A stretch of 64,000 nt of DNA from an uncultured delta proteobacterium (GTDB lineage: Bacteria > Desulfobacterota > RBG-13-43-22), in NCBI GenBank assembly GCA_963743305.1, contig CAVUPH010000014.1, positions 32,001-96,000 on the forward strand. The letters are read 5' to 3'. This document shows, piece after piece, positions 52,961-63,613 of the stretch. The position numbers were made by a program, and so were the translations under genes. Each line of letters starts with the position of its first letter. Position 1 is the first letter of the stretch. Below the pieces are notes generated by a model. The model was not told where the DNA came from. It searched no databases and saw only the letters and a program-made list of their open reading frames with translations.

Positions 52961-52990
52961 ATTCACATTATGAATAGTCATAATGTGAAT
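52961..52990. promoter_or_regulatory. 13-bp perfect inverted repeat, candidate PadR operator
   Basis: ATTCACATTATGA-ATAG-TCATAATGTGAAT; related sequences overlap the padR starts at 53987 and 60826. Confidence 0.65.
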
Positions 52991-53134
52991 TATAAAGAAC
53001 CCGATGTTAGCCATCCTGGAGAATGGGGAGAATATTTCATCGGGAAAACCACCGCCCTGGGGCATGGGAGGTTCTGCCGCAACTGTCCCCAATGCCGGTA
53101 TCCCATTTGTCCTTTCAGTAAAGGGGGATTCTAA
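52970..53134 (+). pseudogene. Deletion junction: padR-like 5' end fused to a moeA-like 3' end
   Basis: MNSHNVNYKEPDVSHPGE is joined to ALGHGRFCRNCPQCRYPICPFSKGGF*, a copy of 59785-59867. Confidence 0.7.
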
Positions 53135-53934
53135 TGAAGCGGAGAGAAGATCTTATCCTGATCCGGGGAGCCGGCGAGATGGCCAGCGGGGTTGCCTGGC
53201 GCCTGTTTCAATCCCATTTTAAGGTCCTGCTGACCGAGATTCCCAAACCCCTGGCGGTCAGGCGGACGGTCTCCTTCTGCGAAGCGGTCTATGAAGGCCG
53301 CCAGACCGTCGAAGGGGTCGAGGCGGTATTGATCCCGGCCGCCGATCAAGCAGAGGAAGTTTGGCGACATAATCGACTTCCCCTGCTGATCGACCCCGAT
53401 TTGTCGCAGGCTAGGACACTGAATCCGGAGGTGCTGGTGGATGCCATTCTGGCCAAAAAAAATACAGGGACCCGCCTCTCGGACGCTCCTTTGGTGGTGG
53501 CCCTGGGACCGGGGTTCCGGGCCGGAACCGACGCCGACCTGGTGGTGGAAACCAACCGGGGCCACAACCTCGGACGAATCTATACCGAAGGAGAAGCGGA
53601 AGCCAATACGGGAACTCCCGGCAATATCGGCGGTTTTACCTGTGAGCGGGTCCTGCGAGCTCCTGTAACCGGTGTTTTCCGATCCGATAAAACCTTCGGG
53701 GACCGGGTGGAAGCCGGCGAGTCGGTGGCGGAGGTGGACGGGCATCCGGTCCGGGCTCAAATCCGGGGTATTATCAGGGGTTTGATTCGGACCGATACGC
53801 CGGTAACCGTCGGTCTTAAGGTGGGCGATGTGGGCCCACGGGACAATCCAGCCTATTGCTCCACTATTTCCGAAAAGGCCAGGGCCATAGGCGGGGCGGT
53901 GCTGGAGGGAATTTTACGGCGATACAACGGCTAA
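53134..53934 (+). CDS. yqeB: Selenium-dependent molybdenum hydroxylase system protein YqeB, copy 1
   Basis: IRGAGEMASG, AVRRTVSF, VDAILAK, ETNRGHNLG and ISEKARAIGG motifs. Confidence 0.9.
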   Translation: MKRREDLILIRGAGEMASGVAWRLFQSHFKVLLTEIPKPLAVRRTVSFCEAVYEGRQTVEGVEAVLIPAADQAEEVWRHNRLPLLIDPDLSQARTLNPEVLVDAILAKKNTGTRLSDAPLVVALGPGFRAGTDADLVVETNRGHNLGRIYTEGEAEANTGTPGNIGGFTCERVLRAPVTGVFRSDKTFGDRVEAGESVAEVDGHPVRAQIRGIIRGLIRTDTPVTVGLKVGDVGPRDNPAYCSTISEKARAIGGAVLEGILRRYNG

Positions 53935-53986
53935 CAACCGATCGGGATTGATCCGGGGGGTATATGGACTGGATGCTTGGGTAACT

Positions 53987-54526
53987 ATGAATAGTCAAAA
54001 TAAAAATTTAGAACCGCAGGAACGAGACCGCAACCCTGCAGAATATCTGGTTCTCGGCGCTCTGGCCGGTGGCCCCCTGCACGGGTACGATCTCTATCAA
54101 TACCTGGAGGAACATCTGGGCCGAATCTGGACCCTGGGCCGCAGCCGGACCTATGCCCTGCTGTCCCGGATGGAACAGGCGGGAATGGTGACCCACGAAC
54201 GCCAAGCCCAGGAGAAGAGGCCGGATCGTAAAGTTTTTTCTTTAACTCCGGCAGGCCGAAAAAAGTTCAAGGCCTGGGTAAAGACCCCGGTGGAACATGT
54301 CCGGGACCTGCGTCTGGAATTTCTGGCCAAAATCCATTTTCTGGAAAAAGGAGATCAGAAATCATTGCAAAAACTTTTCGCGGCCCAACAGGAGGTCTGC
54401 CAGCACAAAATGGACCGGCTGATTGTCCGAAAAGACTTGGCCACATCCAGGATGGAGCGACTGATTAACGAATTCCGTTTATCCCAATCGGAGGCGGCAT
54501 TGGCCTGGTTGAAGCATTTGAAATAA
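53987..54526 (+). CDS. PadR-family transcriptional regulator, copy 1
   Basis: PLHGYDL, YALLSRME and PDRKVFSLTPAGR motifs. Confidence 0.9.
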   Translation: MNSQNKNLEPQERDRNPAEYLVLGALAGGPLHGYDLYQYLEEHLGRIWTLGRSRTYALLSRMEQAGMVTHERQAQEKRPDRKVFSLTPAGRKKFKAWVKTPVEHVRDLRLEFLAKIHFLEKGDQKSLQKLFAAQQEVCQHKMDRLIVRKDLATSRMERLINEFRLSQSEAALAWLKHLK

Positions 54527-54544
54527 AAAAATAAAGGAGAAGGT

Positions 54545-55975
54545 ATGAAAAAGAGCTTTTGGTCAATTTTGTGCGTGGCGGCTTCTTTATTTGTTGTTTT
54601 TGTAGAGTTTATGCCCACGTTGGTTCAGGCCAAGTCGGTGAATGAACAGATCCTGGAAATCCTGCTGAACAGCAAGATGGTCACTCCGGAAAAGTATCAG
54701 GAACTGAAGAAGCAGGCGGAAGCCGAGGATGCCGAACTGCAGCGCCTGCGGGCACTGGAAAAGAAGGTCCAGGAAGAAAAGGCTCCGGCGGGCAACGCCA
54801 AGGTGGATTTCAAAAAGGGCTTCACCATGGAGTCGGCGGACGGTGAGAACAAGCTCAAACTTTCCGGACGGCTGCATGCCGATTACCGCTGGTTCCTGAA
54901 CGACCACCCCAGCAACGACACCTTCCTGATCCGGCGAGCCCGTATTGCGGCCCTGGGGACTTTTTACAAACATTACGACTTCAGCGTGGAATACGACATG
55001 GGCGAGGGCAATGCCCGGTTGAACGATGCCTTCATGAACATCCGTTATTGGCCCGAGGCCCAGTTGATGTTCGGCCAGTACAAGATCCCCTTCAGCCTGG
55101 AGGAACTCCATTCGGACAACTGGATCGATTTCATCGAACGCTCGCTGGCCAACAACTTTGCCCCTTCCCGCGACATCGGGATCATGCTGCACGGGAACAT
55201 CAGCAAAGATTTCCTGTACTATCAATGGGGTGTCTTCAACGGCAGGAAGATCAATTCCAGCGACGTAGACGACCAGAAGGACGTGGCCGGTCGGGTGACC
55301 CTGGCGCCCTTTTCCCAAATGGGCAACAAGCTCCTGAAAGGGCTGCATATTGGCGGCGCCTTCACCACCGGGGCCCAGCATACTACCAAACCCTCGACGG
55401 ACTGGTGGCGCTATCAATATAAAACCGAAGGCGGGACGACCTTCCTGCAGTTCGATGATACGGTGACCCAGGACGGGAGCCGCAACCGCATGGGGGCTGA
55501 ACTGGCCTGGATGATGGGGCCGGTTTCCCTAAAGTCCGAGTACATGACTCTGCAGTTGAATGACCTGACCTACAACAAAAAGAAGGCCAGCTTCGAAAAC
55601 AATGCCGGTTACGTTTCACTGGGGTGGTTCCTCACCGGCGAGGAGGAGCCCTGGCGGAACGGGTTGCCGCAACAGATTACCCCGAAAAAGCCCTTCAAGC
55701 TCGGTAAGCCGGGCTACTGCGGGGCCTTCCAATTGGTGGGGCGGTACGAATGGATCGAAATGGACGACGATATCCTGAAACTGGGCTTTGCCGACCCGAA
55801 ACGCTACACGGACAAGGCTTCCGGATACACGTTTGGTCTGACCTGGTACCCCAATGACATGCTGCGGTTCATGGTGAACTTCTATTACACCAAGTTCGAT
55901 GACGCCATCACCGTGAGCGGCAAAAAAATCGACAACGAACAGGCCATCCTTACGCGGTTTGAAGTGGTCTGGTAA
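54545..55975 (+). CDS. OprO/OprP-family anion-selective porin
   Basis: IRRARI, GQYKIPFSLEEL, FIERS, WFLTGE and a C-terminal W. Confidence 0.85.
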   Translation: MKKSFWSILCVAASLFVVFVEFMPTLVQAKSVNEQILEILLNSKMVTPEKYQELKKQAEAEDAELQRLRALEKKVQEEKAPAGNAKVDFKKGFTMESADGENKLKLSGRLHADYRWFLNDHPSNDTFLIRRARIAALGTFYKHYDFSVEYDMGEGNARLNDAFMNIRYWPEAQLMFGQYKIPFSLEELHSDNWIDFIERSLANNFAPSRDIGIMLHGNISKDFLYYQWGVFNGRKINSSDVDDQKDVAGRVTLAPFSQMGNKLLKGLHIGGAFTTGAQHTTKPSTDWWRYQYKTEGGTTFLQFDDTVTQDGSRNRMGAELAWMMGPVSLKSEYMTLQLNDLTYNKKKASFENNAGYVSLGWFLTGEEEPWRNGLPQQITPKKPFKLGKPGYCGAFQLVGRYEWIEMDDDILKLGFADPKRYTDKASGYTFGLTWYPNDMLRFMVNFYYTKFDDAITVSGKKIDNEQAILTRFEVVW

Positions 55976-56007
55976 ATCATAATCCAACACGATCAGTAAC
56001 CATCGAA

Positions 56008-56905
56008 ATGGAAAAAAAAGAAGGAGGCGTTATGTTGATTGGGAGTAAGTCAGGTTGTTTTTTGTTGATCAGTTTGTTGGTAATTTCGTTTAGTTGGACT
56101 TCGGCTGAAAACTCAGTGGCCGCAGAAAGCTTGATGGTCTTTGCCGGGGCGGCCAGCCAGCCGCCGACCACCGAGGCGGCCAGGGTTTTTGAGGCCAAGA
56201 CCGGGATCAAGGTGGACGTAACCTTCGGCGGGTCCGGGTATGTGCTGTCGCAGATGATCCTGGGGAAGAAGGGCGATCTCTATTTCCCGGGGTCATCCGA
56301 TTTCATGGAGTTGGCCAAGCAAAAGGGAGTGTGTCTTTCCCGATACGGAAAAATACGTCGTGTACCTGGTCCCCGCCATCAACGTCCAAAGAGGCAACCC
56401 CAAGCAGATCAAAACCTTGAAAGACCTGACCCGGCCCGGAATCAAAGTGGCCATTGCCAACCCGGAAGGGGTGTGTGTGGGACTGTATGCCGTAGAAATC
56501 ATCGAATCCTTCTTTACTCCGGCCGAGAAGGAACACCTCAAGAAAAACCTGATCAATTACACCGAGAGCTGTGAAAAAACCGCTACGGCCGTATCGCTGA
56601 AGATGGTCGACGCGGTCATCGGCTGGCGGGTTTTTGAACACTGGGACCCGGAAAGGATCGAGACCATACCCCTGAAACCGGCGGAGATCCTTCGGATCGG
56701 CTATATTCCGATCGCCATATCCCGGTTCACCAAGAACCGGCTGTTGGCTCAGAAGTTCATGGACTTTCTTTTTTCGGATGAGGGTAAAGCGATCTATCGA
56801 AAATACCACTATTTCATGAGCAGCGCCGATGCGGCAACCTGGATAGGGGAACAAAAACCGGTGGGGGGCGAATATGTGGTTCCCAAGGACTGGATCAAAA
56901 AATAA
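56008..56905 (+). CDS. modA: Molybdate/tungstate-binding protein ModA-like, copy 1 (frameshifted)
   Basis: VFAGAAS, FGGSG, VQRGNPKQI and IANPE motifs. Confidence 0.8.
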
Positions 56906-57681
56906 TGACCTTCCGGAAGGCCACCATCCTCTGCGCATTTCTGACCTTCGGTCTCTATGCCGCGCTGATCGGGTCCCTTTTTTATTTTTTTAAGGGGGAA
57001 ATGCTCTGGGAGACGATTTTTTCGGAAAGGACCCTTTTTTCCGTGCGGTTGAGCGTCGTGGCCGCCACCGTTAGTACGGGTTTGGCCATGGTGATCGCCG
57101 TCCCGTCGGCCTACGCGCTCTCCCGCTACGCCTTTCCCTTTAAGACGGCCGTCGATACGATCCTGGAACTCCCGATGATTGTGTCTCCGGCGGCGCTGGG
57201 CGCCATGCTGTTAATTTTTTTCAATAACCCGCTGGGATTGTGGGTTCAGGGGCAAGGGATCCAGGTCGTTTTTACCTCCATCGGGATTTTTCTGGCCCAG
57301 TTCGTCACGGTTGCCGGTGTAGCCACGCGGCTGACCAAGGCGGCCATGGATGAAATACCGGTTCGCTATGAAGCGGTGGCGCGCACGCTGGGGGCCACTC
57401 CGCTGCAGGCCTTTTGGACCATTACCCTGCCGTTGAGTAAAAGGGGATTATGGGCGGCCGCGATTTTGTCCTGGGCCAAGGCCGTAGGGGAATTCGGGGC
57501 CACCATCACCATCGCCGGGTCGATGGCTATGAAGACCGAGACCCTGCCGATCGCCATATTCATGCGGCTCTCCAGCGCCGACATAGAAGGAACGGTCATC
57601 CTGATCCTTCTGCTGCTGTCCATTGGATTGGGGACCCTTTATGGAGTTCGCCTTATTTCCAGAAGGGCCGGCCATGCTTGA
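56905..57681 (+). CDS. modB: Molybdate ABC permease, copy 1
   Basis: YEAVARTLGA and GEFGATI motifs. Confidence 0.85.
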   Translation: MTFRKATILCAFLTFGLYAALIGSLFYFFKGEMLWETIFSERTLFSVRLSVVAATVSTGLAMVIAVPSAYALSRYAFPFKTAVDTILELPMIVSPAALGAMLLIFFNNPLGLWVQGQGIQVVFTSIGIFLAQFVTVAGVATRLTKAAMDEIPVRYEAVARTLGATPLQAFWTITLPLSKRGLWAAAILSWAKAVGEFGATITIAGSMAMKTETLPIAIFMRLSSADIEGTVILILLLLSIGLGTLYGVRLISRRAGHA

Positions 57682-58768
57682 AGTAGCGGGACTTTCTGTT
57701 CGAGCCGGAGGGTTTTCCCTTAGCAACATTTCCCTGCAAGGTGATCCCACCTCGTGCCACGTTTTGCTGGGGCCTACCGGGAGCGGCAAAACCCTGCTTC
57801 TGGAATCCATCATCGGATTGAGAAAACCAGACAAAGGCAAGATTTTACTGGATGATAAAAATATTATCGGGCTTCCGGCCGAACGCCGCGGGTTGGCCTA
57901 TGTTCCGCAGGACCTGGCCCTGTTTCCTCACCTGACGGTCAGGGAAAATATTCTCTACCCCCTGCGCATCCGAGGCAGTAAACAGAAGATTGAAGACGGG
58001 ATTGTACGAGAATTGATCGCATCCCTCGATATCAGGCATGTTTTAGATCGCGCGGTAGCGCATCTCAGCGGCGGCGAGCGGCAGCGGACGGCCCTCGCCA
58101 GAGCGGTGGCTTCGGGCTGCCGGACGCTGGTCCTGGACGAGCCGCTTTCCGCGCTTCACCAGTCGCTGAAAAGGGAGTTGTGGCTCGTCTTAAAAGGCAT
58201 CCAGAGGCGATACGATCTGACTATTTTGATGGTGACCCATGACTTGCATGAGGCCTTTTTCCTGGGAGATACCCTAAGCATCCTCATCGATGGAAAACTT
58301 CACCAACAGGGTGCCAAAGAAGAAGTTTACCGTCGCCCGAACAGCCGGGCGGTGGCAAAATTTCTGGGGATTTCAAATCTTTTTAAGGTGAAAGACCCTG
58401 AGGCCTCCGGGGATTCGATATCCGTTCGGTGTGAAGAGCTTGGTATTATGCTGAACCTGCCGAACCGATCGACGGAGGCCTTCCCCGCCTTTTCGGCTGT
58501 GGGCATAAGGTCTGAAGAGGTGGAAGTCCTGATCCCGGGTGGATCGTTTTCCTCAACCTCCAACAGGGTGGTCGGGACCATCCAAGACGTTTATGAGCAT
58601 GAAAAATCATCAACCATTATAGCCCGCTGCGGGCCGGAGGCCGTTACCCTGGAGGCGGTGGTCCCTTTCAGCCTGTCCAGAAAATGTTCCTTTTCGAAGG
58701 GGCAGTCTTTTACCTTCTTATTGCCGGAAGAATACCTCTTTTTGATCTCCGGCGTCCCGCTCCAGTAA
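57674..58768 (+). CDS. modC: Molybdate/tungstate ABC ATPase, copy 1
   Basis: GPTGSGKT, QDLALFPH, LSGGERQR and a C-terminal TOBE-like region. Confidence 0.8.
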   Translation: MLEVAGLSVRAGGFSLSNISLQGDPTSCHVLLGPTGSGKTLLLESIIGLRKPDKGKILLDDKNIIGLPAERRGLAYVPQDLALFPHLTVRENILYPLRIRGSKQKIEDGIVRELIASLDIRHVLDRAVAHLSGGERQRTALARAVASGCRTLVLDEPLSALHQSLKRELWLVLKGIQRRYDLTILMVTHDLHEAFFLGDTLSILIDGKLHQQGAKEEVYRRPNSRAVAKFLGISNLFKVKDPEASGDSISVRCEELGIMLNLPNRSTEAFPAFSAVGIRSEEVEVLIPGGSFSSTSNRVVGTIQDVYEHEKSSTIIARCGPEAVTLEAVVPFSLSRKCSFSKGQSFTFLLPEEYLFLISGVPLQ

Positions 58769-58837
58769 CAGGTGGTTTAAAGTGGTTTAACGAGGCGCAT
58801 CTATAACCAATTTCATTATCGGAAAGGTCGCTGATCC

Positions 58838-59867
58838 ATGAAAAAAGTTAGTGTGCACAAGGCCGTGGGCCTGGTTTTGAGCCACGATATAACCCGCATC
58901 GTCCCGGGTCAATTCAAAGGGGTGGGTTTTAAAAAAGGCCATGTCATTCGCCCGGAGGATATTCCGGCCCTGCTGGATCTGGGCAAGGAGTCCGTTTTTG
59001 TCCTGGAAATCCAGCCGGGGATCCTGCATGAGAACGACGCAGCCTATCGCCTGGCCAACGCCTTGATCGGTGAAAACCTGGCGTTGCAGGGCCCGGCGGA
59101 GGGAAAGATCAACTTCGTGGCTCAAATCAAAGGCCTGCTGAAAATCAAGGTCACGGCCCTGAACCAGGTCAACCTCGTCCCCCGGATCATCGTTTCCACC
59201 TTGCACAATCATTCGGTCGTCCAGCCGGGGAATCCGGTAGCCGGCACCCGGATCATCCCGTTGACCATCGCGGAGAAAGCCATCCTCCGGGCTGAAAGCA
59301 TCTGCGCCCGCTTTCGACCGATCATCACCCTCAAGCCGTTCATCTCCAAAAAAGTCGGTGTAGTGGTCACCGGGTCCGAGGTCTATACCGGGCGGGTCCA
59401 AGACGGATTTGACCACTGGGTGGGAGAAAAACTGGCCGCCTCGGGCTGCCAAATCATTAAGCGGGCTACCGTCCCGGACAAGGCCGGACTTATTTCCCAG
59501 GCCATCCGGGAAATGGTTGAAACGGGATGCGACCTTATCGTTACCACCGGCGGGATGTCCCATTGATCCCGACGACGTGACCCGTAAAGGGATTCGCCAG
59601 GCTGGGGCGCGGATTATCTTTTACGGGACCCCGGTCCTGCCGGGGGCCATGTTCCTCTACGCCCGTCTCGGGGAAATCCCCCTGCTGGGCCTGCCGGCCT
59701 GCGTCTTTTACCATCGGGTCACCATGTTTGACCTGATGCTGCCGGTGATCCTGGCCGGGGAGCAGCCCACACGTCGGGAAATCGCCGCCCTGGGACATGG
59801 GGGGTTCTGTCGTAACTGCCCCGAATGCCGCTATCCCATCTGTCCTTTCGGCAAAGGGGGGTTTTAA
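58838..59867 (+). CDS. MoeA-like molybdopterin-binding protein with C-terminal Cys cluster (frameshifted)
   Basis: HDITRIVPG, TGSEVY, TGGMS/DPDD, PVLPGAM and GGFCRNCPECRYPICPFGK motifs. Confidence 0.85.
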
Positions 59868-60666
59868 TGAAGTTGCGCGATCGAATCATCCTGCTCCGGG
59901 GGGCCGGAGAGATGGCCAGCGAGGTGGCCTGGCGCCTGTTTCAATCCCATTTCCGGGTCCTGCTGACCGAGATTCTCAACCCCCTGGCGGTAAGGCGGAT
60001 GGTCTCCTTCTGCGAAGCGGTCTATGAGGGCCGCCAGACCGTCGAAGGGGTCGAGGCGGTATTGATCCCGGCCGTCGATCAGGCGGAAGAGGCCTGGCGG
60101 AATCATCGGCTTCCCCTGCTGATCGACCCTGATTTATCCCAGGCCAGGACACTGAAACCGGATGTGCTGGTGGATGCCATCCTGGCCAAAAAGAACCTGG
60201 GGACCCGCATAACGGACGCCCCCTTGGTGATCGGCCTGGGACCCGGTTTCCGGGCCGGAACCGACGTCCATCTGGTGGTAGAAACCAACCGGGGTCACAA
60301 TCTCGGACGAATTTATCCCGAAGGGGAAGCGGAAGCCAATGCCGGAATTCCCGGAGACATCGGTAGTTTTACCGGTGAGCGGGTCCTGCGAGCCCCGGTA
60401 ACCGGCCTTTTCGATCCTACAGAGCCGTTGGGGACCGGGTGGAAGCCGGGGAATCGGTGGCGCAGGTGGACGGGCGTCTCGTCCTGTCCCGAATCCAGGG
60501 CCGCCTCCGGGGCTTGATTCGGAACGAGACCCCCGTAATCGTCGGTCTGAAGGTGGGCGACGTAGACCCTCGGGACAATGCGGCCTATTGCTCCACCATT
60601 TCCGAAAAGGCCAGGGCCATCGCCGGGGCCGTACTGGAGGGCATTCTACGGCATTACCATCATTAG
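59867..60666 (+). CDS. yqeB: YqeB, copy 2 (frameshifted)
   Basis: Highly similar to 53134..53934. Confidence 0.85.
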
Positions 60667-60825
60667 AGGAGAGATGTCGGAAAGGGGCTTCTTAAAACGT
60701 CTGATCCTTCTGGCGTGATCCATCTCTTGGCCAGGGTTGCTTCGATCTTCCTGAACCGAAATAGGCGGATCGGAGGACAAGGTAAAAAAGTTGCTTTGGC
60801 CATTAAGACAGGATATATTCAAATT

Positions 60826-61390
60826 ATGAATAGTCCAACTGAAAATATACACTCGCTCGAGCGGGATCGGAACCCGGCCGAATATCTGATCCTGGGCGTC
60901 CTGGCCGGCGGCCACCTGCACGGGTATGATCTGTATCAACACCTGGAAGAAAATTTAGGCCGGGTCTGGACCCTGGGCCGCAGCCAGACCTATGCGCTGC
61001 TGTCTACGGATGGAGCAGGCGGGACTGGTGGCCCATGAACGCCAGGCCCAGGAAAAAAGGCCGGACCGTAAAAACTTTTCCCTTACCCCGGCCGGAAGAA
61101 AATTATTCAACCATTGGGTAAAAGCCCCGGTGGAGCATATACGGGACCTGCGTCTGGAATTCCTGGCCAAAATACATTTCCTGGAAAAAAGTGACCGGAA
61201 ATCGGTGGAAAAACTGATCGAGGCTCAGCAGGAGGTCTGCCGGGATAAATTGTCCCGAATGGAAGAACGGACAATGTTCGGCCCCTTCCGGGATGGAACG
61301 TCTGACCTATGACTTCCGGCAGTCCCAGGCCCGGGCGGCCCTGGACTGGCTGCAGGGTCTCCAAAACAAATTGAGAAAGGAATGAATAGG
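60826..61390 (+). CDS. PadR-family regulator, copy 2 (frameshifted)
   Basis: Highly similar to 53987..54526. A TTGCTT-N17-TATATT promoter places the predicted TSS at about the ATG. Confidence 0.8.
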
Positions 61391-62216
61391 ATGGGACCCC
61401 AAAAAGAACCGACAGATCATCCCGAACGAAGGGAAGTATTCTTTAACTTGTTGACAGGTCTTTTTATTTTCATTTTGTTCACCCTGGTCTTGACCTTTCC
61501 GGTCCAAGCCCAGGAGATCACCGTTTCGGCTGCCATCAGTTTGAAAGATGCCTTCTCTGAATTGGGAAAATCATTTGAAGGCCGGACAAAAAGGGACCCG
61601 GGTGCAATTCAACTTTGGGGCCTCGGGGGACTTGGTTCGTCAGATTTTAGCCGGGGCCCCGGTGGATGTATTTGCCTCTGCCGGGCTAAAAGAAATGGAT
61701 GAACTGGAGCAGAAAGGTTTTACGGCCCCCGGGACGCGGATGAATTTCGCCGGGAATACCGTCGTGCTGGCTGTCCCGAAGGCATCGACATTAGGCCTGG
61801 AGGCATTTTCCGACCTCACCCGGAAAACGGTTAAAAAAATTGCCATTGGCAATCCCCAAACCGTTCCGGCCGGGAGATACGCCGAGCAGGTTCTAAGGAA
61901 CTTGAATCTCTGGGAGCCTCTGAAAGACAAGCTGGTTTTCGCCGAAAATGTCCGCCAGGTCCTGGATTATGTGGCCCGGGGCGAGGTCGACGCGGGGTTG
62001 GTCTATGCCACCGACGCCGCAACCCGTGCCAGGGACCTGAAGAAAGTTCTTCCGGCCCCCGAGGGGAGCTACCAGCCGGTGGTCTATCCGATCGCCGCCG
62101 TCAAGGGCACCAAAAACGAAGGACTGGCCCGGGCCTTCATCTCCTGGGTGATTTCTGCCGAGGGGAAACGCATTCTCGAGCGATATGGGTTCAAAACCCT
62201 GGCTGACAAAAAATAG
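61382..62216 (+). CDS. modA: Molybdate-binding protein ModA, copy 2 (frameshifted)
   Basis: VSAAISLKDAF, FGASGDL, VPAGRYA, ENVRQVL and VYATD motifs. Confidence 0.9.
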
Positions 62217-62219
62217 ATC

Positions 62220-62882
62220 ATGACGGAAGAAGTCTGGTTTTCTCTTCGGCTCTCCCTGCAGGTCGCCTTACTGGCCACCTGCTTCATCGTGATCGTTGGG
62301 GTGGCGGCCGGATATCTGTTGGCCCGGAAAAACTTTCCGGGCCGGGAACTGGTCGATATCCTGTTTACCCTGCCGCTGGTCTTACCCCCCACGGTAACCG
62401 GATACTATTTGATCATCCTCTTCGGCCGGAACGGCTGGCTGGGTAAGAGTCTGTATGCCTGGACCGGTTGGAGCCTCATGTTCACCTGGTACGCGGCCGT
62501 CCTGGCCTCCTTTGTAGTGGCCCTGCCGCTCATGGTCCGGACCACCCGGGCGGCCATCGAGTCGATCGACCCCCACCTGATCCAGGCCTCTTACACCCTG
62601 GGCCGATCAGAACTAGAGACAATTTGGAAGGTCATTTTGCCGCTGGCCCGCCGGGGGATCATCGCGGGGACGGTCCTGTCTTTCGCCCGGGCCATGGGTG
62701 AATTCGGGGCCACTTTGATGCTAGCTGGAAACCTTCCCGGGAAAACCAACACCCTGCCCTTGACCATCTATACCCTGGCCGGGAGCGGCGACTGGCCGCA
62801 GGCCCAGGGGGTGGTACTTTTACTCACGGCCACTTCCGGTATATTCCTGTATCTGGCCAATTGTTTCAGCCGGAAGGCCTAG
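62220..62882 (+). CDS. modB: Molybdate ABC permease, copy 2
   Basis: LPLVLPPTVTG and FARAMGEFGAT motifs. Confidence 0.92.
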   Translation: MTEEVWFSLRLSLQVALLATCFIVIVGVAAGYLLARKNFPGRELVDILFTLPLVLPPTVTGYYLIILFGRNGWLGKSLYAWTGWSLMFTWYAAVLASFVVALPLMVRTTRAAIESIDPHLIQASYTLGRSELETIWKVILPLARRGIIAGTVLSFARAMGEFGATLMLAGNLPGKTNTLPLTIYTLAGSGDWPQAQGVVLLLTATSGIFLYLANCFSRKA

Positions 62883-62884
62883 TG

Positions 62885-63598
62885 ATGGCCCTTTCCCTCC
62901 AACTGCGTAAAAAAGTGGATGGTTTTGTCCTGGAGGTGGAATGGGCTATCGAGGAGGAGCTGACCGTCCTCTTTGGGTTTTCCGGGGCCGGGAAATCCAT
63001 GACCCTTCAGATGATCGCCGGGCTGATGAAACCGGGTCAGGGATCCATCCGTTTAGGCGGGCGGGTCCTTTTCGATAGCCGGGCCGGAATCGATGTCACC
63101 CCCCAGGACCGATCCATCGGTTACCTTTTCCAGGACCTGGCCCTGTTCCCACATATGACGGTCAGGGGCAATATCATCTACGGGGCGAAAGGGCTGGGGA
63201 AAAAGGAACGACGGGAAAAAACGGAAGAGATGATCGAGAGTTTTCGCCTCAAAGGGCTGGGTGACAAAAAGCCGGGCGAGATTTCCGGGGGGCAGCGGCA
63301 GCGAGTGGCCCTGGCCCGGGCGCTCATCCGTCGGCCAAAGTTGCTCTTGTTGGATGAACCGTTTTCAGCCCTCGATAATCCTCTCCGTTTGGAGATGCAC
63401 CAATACCTGATCGGAGCGGCGAGACGGTATAAAATCCCGGCAGTCATAGTCACCCATGATCTGAAGGAAGCCTACAGGCTGGGCGACAAAATCATTGTTT
63501 ATTCCGAGGGCCGCGTAACCCAGGCCGGCACTCCGGCAGAGGTTAGGGATAATCCCGTTATCCGTGAAGCGGAAAGGTTTTATGATTCTTCCGAATAA
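62885..63598 (+). CDS. modC: Molybdate ABC ATPase, copy 2 (short, no TOBE domain)
   Basis: GFSGAGKS, SGGQRQR and DEPFSALD motifs. Confidence 0.85.
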   Translation: MALSLQLRKKVDGFVLEVEWAIEEELTVLFGFSGAGKSMTLQMIAGLMKPGQGSIRLGGRVLFDSRAGIDVTPQDRSIGYLFQDLALFPHMTVRGNIIYGAKGLGKKERREKTEEMIESFRLKGLGDKKPGEISGGQRQRVALARALIRRPKLLLLDEPFSALDNPLRLEMHQYLIGAARRYKIPAVIVTHDLKEAYRLGDKIIVYSEGRVTQAGTPAEVRDNPVIREAERFYDSSE

Positions 63599-63613
63599 AA
63601 TGATGGCCTGACC

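Noticed and set aside
59540-59580. TGA in the moeA-like gene as selenocysteine
   Set aside because: The conserved sequence (GGMS-x-DPDD) continues in another frame, so this is a frameshift.
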